Assembly: GCA_964016885.1 (NCBI GenBank)
Contig: OZ024741.1
Location: 328,972,001 to 329,036,000, forward strand
Direction of reading: 5' to 3'
Source: Eledone cirrhosa
Taxonomy: Eukaryota
DNA length: 64,000 nt
Part shown: piece by piece, positions 39,675 through 52,759 of the stretch
Numbering within the stretch: position 1 is the first letter of the stretch
Layout: each line of letters begins with the position of its first letter
The notes under the pieces: generated by a model
The model's database searches: none
Told to the model about the DNA's origin: nothing
What the model saw: only the letters and a program-made list of their open reading frames with translations
Position numbers and translations under genes: made by a program

Positions 39675-40057
39675 TGATATGTGGTGACAGTCGAGTTTGC
39701 AATTTTCAACTGTAATGAGATGGGTAAATTTCCTACCTTTTATACATTTTATACAGAGAAAAGTGGCTCCAGAATGCAAAGCCCTGTAAACTGTATTTCG
39801 ACCAATCAGTGTGTAGTTTCACTGAATTACTACAGCTGATTGGTTTAAGCGTCACGGCTGGTTGAGCATGTTAACGACCAATAGTCATATCCAACGTATC
39901 AATTGTTTTGCTTTTTTTGCAATGATGAAAATAGCATTTTCTATTAATCATCACCATCAACATCACTTTTATTATTATTATTATTATTGTTGTTGTTGTT
40001 GTTGTTGTTAGTGGTCGTGGTCATAGTGGTAGTAGAAGTAATACCCCTAGGCGTTAT

Positions 40058-42295
<2,238 letters not shown>

Positions 42296-42843
42296 GTTAT
42301 CATATACATAAAATTAAAGATATATATATATGTTGCAACTGTTCACTTTTAAGCTCAATGAAGAATTAATAAATTAAAATAAAAATTTCAGAGCATTATA
42401 TCATAAATCATGTCTATAGAATCATCAGATATTAAAATATATACTATTTCTTCTTCTAATTAGCATAATTAACCATATACAAAATCAAATCTAGCAAGCT
42501 TTAAGAATACATTTTCTTATGGGGAAATCTCCGACAAACAATTGACCGTAGCCTCTTCGCGGCAGCCCCGTTCCATTATTTATCCAACATTTCGGCAGCA
42601 TGCAGAATCCGACCAAATATACCATCAACCACACACAATTAGTAGTAAAATTAAACTTAGAAGAAATGCGCACATACCGTAATTATATCTCTACCATGGT
42701 TTCTTCCTTATTTAGGACATCCAAATAATATGAATTATTATCCAAATAATATGAATTATCCACAGTTACATAGCGATTTTAGCCATTTTTGAATAAAAAT
42801 TTGGCGCGATCGGTTAGAAAAACTAAATGTCTGATTTTGAGTT

Positions 42844-42922
42844 TATCTCCTGAAGAATCCTAAGTCTGGATAATTCATATTATTTGGATGTCCTAAATAA
42901 GGAAGAAACCATGGTAGAAATA
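42844..42922 (+). ncRNA. Type I HHR motif, unit 1
   Basis: tatctc-CTGAAGA-atcct..aggaa-GAAA-CCATGG-TA-gaaata. Confidence 0.7.
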
Positions 42923-43515
42923 TAATTACGGTATGTGCGCATTTCTTCTAAGTTTAATTTTACTACTAATTGTGTGTGTTTGATGGTATATTTGGTCGGA
43001 TTCTGCATGCTACCGAAATGTTGGATAAATAATGGAACGGGGCTGCCGCGAAGAGGCTACGGTCAATTGTTTGTCGGAGATTTCCCCATAAGAAAATTTA
43101 TTCTTAAAGCTTGCTAGATTTGATTTTGTATATGGTTAATTATGCTAATTAGAAGAAGAAATAGTATATATTTTAATATCTGATGATTCTATACACATGA
43201 TTTATGATATAATGCTCTGATTTTTTTATTTTGATTTATTAATTCTTCATTGAGCTTAAAAGTGAACAGATATGCAACATATATATATCTTTAATTTTAT
43301 GTATATGATAACCTTTATATTTAATAATCTCCCAATTGGTTGAGATTAAATTTGGCGATATATGGCTGCGCTTTCTAGCAGCAACACTACCCGCCGTAAG
43401 CAACCAATCACACACTTTCTCTGTGGCTGGTACACAGCTACATAGCGATTTTAGTCATTTTTGTATCTAAATTTGGCGCGATCGGTTAGAAAAACTAAAT
43501 GCCTGATTTTGAGTT

Positions 43516-43593
43516 TATTTCCTGAAGAATCCTAACTCTGGATAATTCATATTATTTGGATGTCCTAATAAGGAAGAAACCATGGTAGAGATA
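43516..43593 (+). ncRNA. Type I HHR motif, unit 2
   Basis: tatttc-CTGAAGA-atcct..aggaa-GAAA-CCATGG-TA-gagata. Confidence 0.75.
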
Positions 43594-44184
43594 TAATTCC
43601 GGTATGTGCACATTTCTTCTAAGTTTAATTTTACTACTAATTGTGTGTGGTTGATGGTATATTTGGTCGGATTCTGCATGCTGCCGAAATGTTGGATAAA
43701 TAATGGAACGGGGCTGCCGCGAAGAGGCTACGGTCAATTGTTTGTCAGAGATTTCCCCAAAAGAAAATTTATTCTTAAAGCTTGCTAGATTTGATTTTGT
43801 ATATGGTTAATTATGGTAATTAGAAGAAGAAATAGTATATATTTTAATATCTGATGATTCTATACACATGATTTATGATATAATGCTCTGATTTTTTTAT
43901 TTTAATTTATTAATTCTTCATTGAGCTTAAAAGTGAACAGTTGCAACATATATATATCTTTAATTTTATGTATATGATAACCTTTATATTTAATAATCTC
44001 CCAATTGGTTGAGATTAAATTTGGCGATATATGGCTGCGCTTTCTTGCAGCAAGCCTACCCGCCGTAAGAAACCAATCACACACTTTCTCTCTGGCTGGT
44101 ACACAGCTACATAGCGATTTTAGCCATTTTTTAATCTAAATTTGGCGCGATCGGTTAGAAAAACTAAATGTCTGATTTTGAGTT

Positions 44185-44262
44185 TATCTCCTGAAGAATC
44201 CTAACTCTGGATAATTCATATTATTTGGATGTCCTAATAAGGAAGAAACCATGGTAGAGATA
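44185..44262 (+). ncRNA. Type I HHR motif, unit 3
   Basis: tatctc-CTGAAGA-atcct..aggaa-GAAA-CCATGG-TA-gagata (perfect 6-bp stem I). Confidence 0.8.
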
Positions 44263-44576
44263 TAATTACGGTATGTGCGCATTTCTTCTAAGTTTAATTT
44301 TACTACTAATTGTGTGTGGTTGATGGTATATTTGGTCGGATTCTGCATGCTGCCGAAATGTTGGATAAATAATGGAACGGGGCTGCCGCGAAGAGGCTAC
44401 GGTCAATTGTTTGTCGGAGATTTCCCCATAAGAAAATTTATTCTTAAAGCTTGCTAGATTTGATTTTGTATATGGTTAATTATGGTAATTAGAAGAAGAA
44501 ATAGTATATATTTTAATATCTGATGATTCTATACACATGATTTATGATATATATATATATATATATTTATATATAG

Positions 44577-44631
<55 letters not shown>

Positions 44632-44649
44632 GATTTTTATATATATATA

Positions 44650-44903
44650 TAACGAAGGAGGTGTGGTAAGGAACCAGATGGACTATAACGCACCAGAGTA
44701 CTCAATACTTAGGGTAGTAGAGTGGGTAATAGAAAAATGCTTAACAACGACGGCAGAGCTAAAGCCGTTTCGACGGCTATTTCTGGACCTTTTTGGAACT
44801 GGGATGTTCTTGATGGAGACGTCGATAGCATGTTTTCTCATGGTGGGTGTAATGAAACTTGAGCTGGTTGGAAAAGTCTGGACATGGCGTGGTATGGTCG
44901 AAA
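44650..44903 (-). repeat. Longest R1 copy (putative PLE 5' end/pLTR)
   Basis: Minus strand encodes MRKHAIDVSIKNIPVPKRS, resembling the KNIP motif near the N-terminus of some PLE ORFs. Confidence 0.6.
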
Positions 44904-45056
44904 TATATATATATATATATATATATATAACTCTACAAGGTAAACTGTCTCTAATACAGCTTATTTCATATACATAAAATACATGTACATATATACATAT
45001 AGACTGCTACATATATGCATATGAATATGCATACACATAAACACACACACACACAT

Positions 45057-45091
<35 letters not shown>

Positions 45092-45096
<5 letters not shown>

Positions 45097-45504
45097 GAGA
45101 AAAACACAGGTAAGCATTAAGAGAAGGATTTTATCCAGGTATTTACGACCGTTACATTGGTAAGTGCGACCTTATATTGCTATACTGCAAATAGCAGTCA
45201 CTCAATTATAATTGTTGTTCACAGTCCAAATTTTCAAAATTCTCTTGAAATAGTTCTTAATATATAGAGAAAAACGTTTTGGGGGGATTGTATTTACTAG
45301 TATAGAGAGGAATTAGAAGGTCGGGAGACAAACGGAATTGTATTGAGAGAGAGGAAGGAGGCGGAGTTAGGAAGTAGAGTGACAAACTGAGATGGAGGGA
45401 GGGGTTGAGGTGGAAGGCTTCCTTGATCAGTTTTGATATGTAGACTTCATGTTGTGGAATGTAGTGAGTTGAAGAGAATTAAATTGATCCTAGTGGGAGG
45501 GAGG

Positions 45505-45567
<63 letters not shown>

Positions 45568-46407
45568 ATATAAAGAGATAAATATTTATATAAAAATAAA
45601 GATAAAGATAATAATGACAAAAATAAAAGCAAAGAAGGGGGGAAAAGAAGAAAAGAAAAGATACCCAAAATGGGAGGGAAGGAAGAAAACAAGAAATAGA
45701 AGAGGAATGAAGAAGAGGGGAGTGATATAGGTATTGGTTTTTGTGGGTAATTAAAAGGGTTTAGATACAACAAGAGGGTATACAATGCACAGTGGAATCA
45801 GACAACCAGAAATGGTATTACATCGGAGCGACTGGGAATACATTTAAAGCCCGTTGGTATACACACCGTTACGCAATGAAACATTCCCACCATCGTTATG
45901 TAACTACCCTTGCAAACAAGACCTGGCAACTGAGGAAAGTAACCATCAATACACCCTGAAGTGGAAAAAATTATCGAACGCGCCCCCATATCGGAGTGGT
46001 ATGAGAAGTTGTCGATTATGTGACCTTGAGCTGTTCCACATTTTATGTTACTCAACAATAAAATCGAAAGATCAATTTATTGTAACCATAGACTCAAAGA
46101 GAGGTTTTCGCACTACAAGTGCAAATCGAACCCTTAACCTCTTACTACCAACTGACAAACTGCATATACTTAGACTTTATACCCTCTTGTTGTATCTAAA
46201 CCCTTTCAATTACCCACAAAAACCAATACCTATATCCCTCCCTTCTCCTTCATTCCTCTTCTATTTCTTCGTTTTCTTCCTTCCTTCCGTCCCCTTTTTG
46301 GCTATCTTTTCTTTTCTTCTCCCCCCCCCCCTTCTTTGCTTTTATTTTTGTTATTATTATCTTTATCTTTATTTTTTATATATATATTTATCTCTTTATA
46401 TCTCCCC

Positions 46408-46473
<66 letters not shown>

Positions 46474-46912
46474 ATCCATCCCTCCCACTATGAACAATTT
46501 AATTCTCTTTAACTCACTACATTCCACGACATGAAGTCTACATATCAAAACTGATCAAGGAATCCTTCCACCTCTAACCCACCCTCCATCTGAGTTTGTC
46601 ACTCTACTTCCTAACTCTCCCCCCCCCTTCCTCTCTCTCTCTATACTATTCCGTTTGTCCCCTCACCTTCTAATTCCTCTCTCTATATACTAGTAAATAC
46701 AATTCCAAGAAAATGGTTTTCTCTATATATTAAGAACTATTTCAAGAGTAACTTACTCACTATTTTGAAAATTTGGACTGTGCACAACAATTATAATTGA
46801 GTGGCTGCTATATGCAGTATAGTAATATAAGGTCGCACTTACCAATGAAACGGTCGTAAATACCTGGATAAAATCCTTCTCTTAATGCTTACCTGTGTTT
46901 TCTCCTTTATAT
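45092..46912 (+). mobile_element. Truncated PLE: GIY-YIG C-terminal remnant (~45790-46130) flanked by inverted copies of its ~700-bp 3' UTR
   Basis: QYTLKWKKLSNAPPYRSGMRSCRLCDLELFHI; 45092-45785 is the reverse complement of 46178-46912. Confidence 0.85.
46761..46862 (+). ncRNA. HHR motif with U3-A8 core and branched stem II (family A)
   Basis: tatt-TTGAAAA-tttggactgtgcac..gtcgcacttaccaat-GAAA-CGGTCG-TA-aata; the inverted copy at 45140-45241 has GAAA>GTAA. Confidence 0.65.
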
Positions 46913-47047
46913 TTTATACTTTATACTCCAAGATTGAACGGAATTCTTACAAACTTGTGGAGTTACCCCTAACCGTACGTTGAAACCATCCATGAAACTG
47001 GCTTTCTTAACCACGAGCTGGATCACAATAAGCAATTTTCTTCTTCC

Positions 47048-47109
<62 letters not shown>

Positions 47110-47125
47110 TAAAATAACAGATTAA

Positions 47126-47176
47126 AGTTTAAGCAAAGAATCGCTGCTTTCACCCTTAACGGGATCTTCTGAAACT
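47126..47176 (-). ncRNA. HHR-topology motif with CAGAAGA (U4A) core and looped stem III
   Basis: agttt-CAGAAGA-tccc-gttaa-gggt-GAAA-gca(gcgattctt)tgc-TT-aaact. Confidence 0.6.
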
Positions 47177-47458
47177 AACAAAGTCAATCTGTAAACGCAG
47201 AAGTGGATATTTCAAAAAACGTTGCAACCGGAGGAAGACAGGAAGACGATACTTTGGTTCATGGAAACGTTCCTTTCACAAAACATACAGGTAATATATA
47301 CTTACCTATGCAAATAAGTAATGGTGTAAACATAACATATACTTAGCTACCACATCAAGAGGTAAAATATCCACGTATAGATCATACTATCCGTTAAGGT
47401 ATAATGTGGGGCTTATCGGGCCCTCTTTGGATTTTAGTCTTCAAATTTATTATTATTA

Positions 47459-47526
<68 letters not shown>

Positions 47527-48586
47527 TACGCCTACAACATAGCGTAAGACACTTCTCCAACGTACCCGTAGTGAGGCTGAACCTAGAAAAACGTGGTTGA
47601 GAAGTAAACTTACTAAGCCGGCTTCTTAGTTAAAAATGAAAGGTTTCCTTGTTGGACACGTACGTCTTGAATTAAGCTACCACATGTTGATCGAATATCA
47701 AATCGTTTGAAACGGTGTATAAATGTAAATATTGTAAAAAGGTTCTATCTAAAAATTAGTTTAATGATTTCGGAAAGTATTATACTGATATTAACATTCA
47801 TAGAAACAATTTGAAAACCCGAATGCAAGAATAGCTGTTAAAACTGTCAAATACCGTCAATGACAGCATGGAAAGCATGTACAGCATGTACGTCCGGTAA
47901 AAATACCTCAAAGAACGGAAATCAGTGGCCAGTGATCGGTAAAGAGAAAAGTAAAATTGTGAGGTGAGAGACAGGTAGATGATATACATAAAAGATTCAG
48001 AAAGGAGAAGAAAAGATGTAGATGTAACAAGATGAAAGAAAGGAAAACTTATATTTATTTATTGTTATTAGATTTAACTATAAAAGAAAATTAGAAATGC
48101 TATTCGCTGCTACACAACGAGTTCTGATTCTTATGTTATGCCTTCTTTATATTCGTAAAATATTGTTCCGAATCATGTGACTACGAGCAGCCAAAATCAG
48201 GAAATATTAACGGATTAACGAGACAAGTGAATAAAGCTGAAGGAATGGAGTTAAAATGTGGTTAATAATATATACTGAAACCGAATTAATAGAATCCTAT
48301 AAAGGGATGGTTAGAAATGTCGCTGTGTGTGTTTAATGAGATTATTCCATGAAGCATATCTAAAATCCCCTGAAGGGAGTAACGGTCTTCTTTCATAATC
48401 ATTAATCCATAATGACCAACATCATATTGCTAGCATGCATCAAAACACAATTGAAATTTCAGGGAAACCACAAACCAATGAAATGATACTTAAAAGTGAA
48501 GCATAATGCTCCTGTATTTTGTTCATGGGAACAAGGTTTACAGATACAAGTAAAACACTCAATACTTCAGATAGTAATAGCGCGTG

Positions 48587-48646
<60 letters not shown>

Positions 48647-48822
48647 GAATAAACATATTGATACTTTGTTCTTGTTTATTATTCTTAATACTCTCTTTCT
48701 TAAGGATACCAACTATGGTGTGATACCAAATGTAGAGTACCACATCGGTAGCTGGACCCATATTGGCATTGAGTGCTCAAACTGGTTAACCAATAGTAAG
48801 TAAATGTTACACACCAGTAAAC

Positions 48823-48853
<31 letters not shown>

Positions 48854-48911
48854 GTGAGGTTTTTTTTACAAAATGAAAAATAACCGAGTGTCCAACACGA
48901 GTGAAAGTATA

Positions 48912-49191
<280 letters not shown>

Positions 49192-49285
49192 ATACTTGGG
49201 GAGCGTCATATTTGTGTAATAATATTGCCAGAATTAATAACAGAAAATATATATAATAAAAAAATATATATATATTTATTTGGTT

Positions 49286-49319
49286 CTTTTACCGGTTTCG
49301 CAGTTCTGCTTTTCAAAAG
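49286..49319 (-). ncRNA. Minimal HHR motif with U3-A8 core (family B)
   Basis: ctt-TTGAAAA-gcag-aa-ctgc-GAAA-CCGG-TA-aaag. Confidence 0.6.
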
Positions 49320-49544
49320 TAGATTTGAGATGGAGGGTCTGTGGTTTTTGTAACATCTGGTTGGTCTCTGAATGTTACTTGTTTTATGTGGAAAAAAAGT
49401 GGCTCAAAATGCCAGGCTTTCCGAGAAGTAATTTGATTGGTTGGTCAATAATTATAATAAATCTCGCGCCAGTTCGCGTTACAAAGTTCTTCAAACAGGG
49501 GGGGGGGGGGGGGGGGGGGGCACAGTTTTTTTTTTTCATATATG

Positions 49545-49858
49545 AGTGTTTGAATTTCTTTTTACTTAAAAAAAGGGGGCTCACCTAGGCTTTTTTTTAA
49601 ATAAACGTAATTTGACTGGTTATAAATGAAATTATGGCTGTCACGTGAATAAGTTTTCATTAAATTTTCGCGCCCTTATTTGGAAATCTATTCTGTAGCC
49701 TTTTTAGAGAATTTTATGACAAGCAAAAGATAATAGTCAAGAGAAATTGGATGGGAGAATTGTTCTGGTTCAGTGAATATGGTTAGTTCGCTGGGGTGTC
49801 AGAATTCAGATTTTCTATTGAATAAAGATAGTAAAGATATGTATGTTTATTTGTGTGC

Positions 49859-49957
<99 letters not shown>

Positions 49958-50247
49958 GTGTGTGTGTTTGAATTTCTTTTTACTTAAAAAAGGGGCTCAC
50001 GAAGGATTTTTGTAATAAACGTAATTTGATTGGTTATAAATGAAATTATGGCTGTCACGTGAACAAGTTTTCATTAAATTCTCGCGTCCTTATTTGGAAA
50101 TCTATTCTGTAGCCTTTTTAGAGAATTTTATGACAAGCAAAAGATAATGGTCAAAAGAAATTGGATGGGAGAATTGTTCTGTTTCAGTGAATATGGTTAG
50201 TTCGGTGGGGTTTCAGAATTCAGATTTTCTATTGAATAAAGAAAGTA

Positions 50248-50248
<1 letters not shown>
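49545..50248. repeat. Direct duplication of ~290 bp (49545-49833 and 49964-50248) separated by (TG)n
   Basis: gtttgaatttctttttacttaaaaaa..cagaattcagattttctattgaataaaga occurs twice. Confidence 0.9.
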
Positions 50249-50285
<37 letters not shown>

Positions 50286-51884
50286 TACTTTATATATATA
50301 CTAGTTTTACAGAATGAATCCTGCTTCGATTCATTTAGAATCAAGTCACGAAGTATATAATAAAAGGTCGAACCAACAAAACGAAAGTTAACTAGATTCT
50401 GATTGAATTGAAACAAACTGTATAATTGCGAGATAACGAATACACGCTTGCATAGTAGCTGAAGCTGCTAGAAATAGAAGTCAAATCTCTCTCACACCAT
50501 AAAGGGTAAAGCCCCCTTCGGTCACGAATTACCTTGGGATTTGCACCTAGAAAATCTCCACCTCTGAGGCACAACTCCTAGCAAGGTGTAAGATCAAAGT
50601 CGCCCAAACATACCTGTCTCTTCTATCTCTATACCACCAATGATGTCCAAAGGAAAGGCAAAGGGAGGTACAGCTGAGTGAACTGCATCAATGTGAAATA
50701 AAGTGTCTTCTTCAAGAACACAACGCATCGCCCCATCCAGGAAACGAACTCATGACCCTGTGATTGTGAACTCAATGCTCTCACCCCTAAGCCATGCGCA
50801 TCATACAATTTTTTTCGATCCTGCAATACAAATATTTTTTTAAATACCCTCTAAAAATGAGTTTGTCTTCAAAAAGAGTTATTAAAATTCAAAGAAATAA
50901 TTTGAAAACTCAAACTCAAGATTAGCTGTTAAAACGACCAAACATCGCCAATGACAGCATGTAAGACGAGTAAACAAGACTTGGATGATCACAAACGGAA
51001 TTTCTTTCATCATAGGTAGAAATTCCTCAGAGCAATCCGTAAAACCCCTAAAAGGTTTGAACTTAATATTTTCTTACATAAGCACATAGCCAGAAATGTT
51101 TGGTGGTGAGGGAACAGCGAGTATACGGACCCAGTATTTAGCTGGTACTTTATTGTATCGACCTTGGAAGGATGAAAATAAAAGTTAATCCCGTTAGGGT
51201 TTGAACACAGAATGTAACGATCCCAGTAAAATACCATGACACTCTTACAATTCTGACCCCTACCACCTACTTTTATCATTATTATTAGTAATAGACAAAA
51301 TTATAAAGATAAATGAATGATTCCTAGACAGATGAATTATTTCTGTGTAAAGGTCACGAATCATCCCAAAATATCCTTGTATCAAAAACTAAATATAGTA
51401 AATGAATAAATGTCTGAAATGAGCTGTTAATAGTAATTTCTCAGACTCTTTAACCACATCTTAAAAGTATATAAGTATTACCACATTAATGATATACTGT
51501 GTGCTTGAATCCGGGAAAAGATATCGACAGAGGAAAACGTCACAGCAAAATAAAATAGGAACACTGTACAACTACGTATAAATATTTATTGCTATCGACT
51601 TTTGTTACAGCTATTTTCTAAGTTTGGGGGTTCTCACACATTCAAATTACAAATCACCCAGTGCTTCTATAATCCATAAGATTTGTCTAATTCCGGTTAC
51701 GCTCGAGCCGTAAACTGTTTAGTATGGCCTTCTAAAAAGAAGACGGGTAAGGGTATCAGCAGTCACTTATAACGTAACAGTAACCCACACGGTATTCGAG
51801 AAATGCGGAGTTTGATTCTCCGTTCGCACCAATCACCACATTTTTCCGTCCCATGATTTTTCAAAGTTATTATTCATAGTGAAC

Positions 51885-52100
51885 GTGGGTGAATTGGCAG
51901 TACCGGTAGGGGCTCGGTCAGCATGCTTTGCGGCATAGAATTACAGCCCCTCACGCTCTGAGTTCCAATCCCGCTGAGATTAGCTTCGACATTCATTTTT
52001 ACTAAGTCGATAAAATAAAGTAGCAGTCACACACTGGGGTCGATTTACCCTCATCCAAAATCGTTGGTCACATGCCTATACCGGAAACCGTTATTTATAG
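51885..52100 (+). mobile_element. Diverged SINE S1
   Basis: gtgaattggcagtaccggtag..gagttccaatcccgctgag..gtcgataaaataaag. Confidence 0.75.
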
Positions 52101-52186
52101 TATTCGACTGCTATTACAGTAATATTTTGCTTTTGGGATTCTCAAATGTTCGAATTTCAAACAACCTAACGCTTAAACAAGCCATA

Positions 52187-52263
<77 letters not shown>

Positions 52264-52630
52264 TATTAGCCTTAACCGTAAATTTATAGCTAGATGGAAT
52301 TTAATATTCAGTATTTTTGTTTATATATCATATAATTATAGGGATATGTTTCTGATGTAAATAAATAAACTTTTTATTGGTTTTAGGGAAAAAAGGTGAA
52401 AAAGTTGAAAAGAAAAGGTAATTATCCCTAGTTGGATTATCAATAACAGATTTGCTAAGTTATGGAATGAAAGCACACTACAGACGTATGACGAAGCATT
52501 TTAAATACGAATATATTGACAACTAACAAGTAATATTCTGGCAACTGTCTGTTCAACTTCACCACCTCGTCCTCGTCGTACTCTATTTTATCTAATACTA
52601 CCTTGAACAGCATCTTGTCCCTTCTAAATG

Positions 52631-52759
<129 letters not shown>

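Noticed and set aside
39850-39890. ATGA..AA..TGA SECIS-like pattern in the PLE 3' UTR (minus)
   Set aside because: Helix II pairs poorly; not supportable without a SECIS search.
42935-44457. Repeated 60-aa ORF as a tandem gene family
   Set aside because: Non-ATG start, no recognisable domain; simply follows the DNA repeat.
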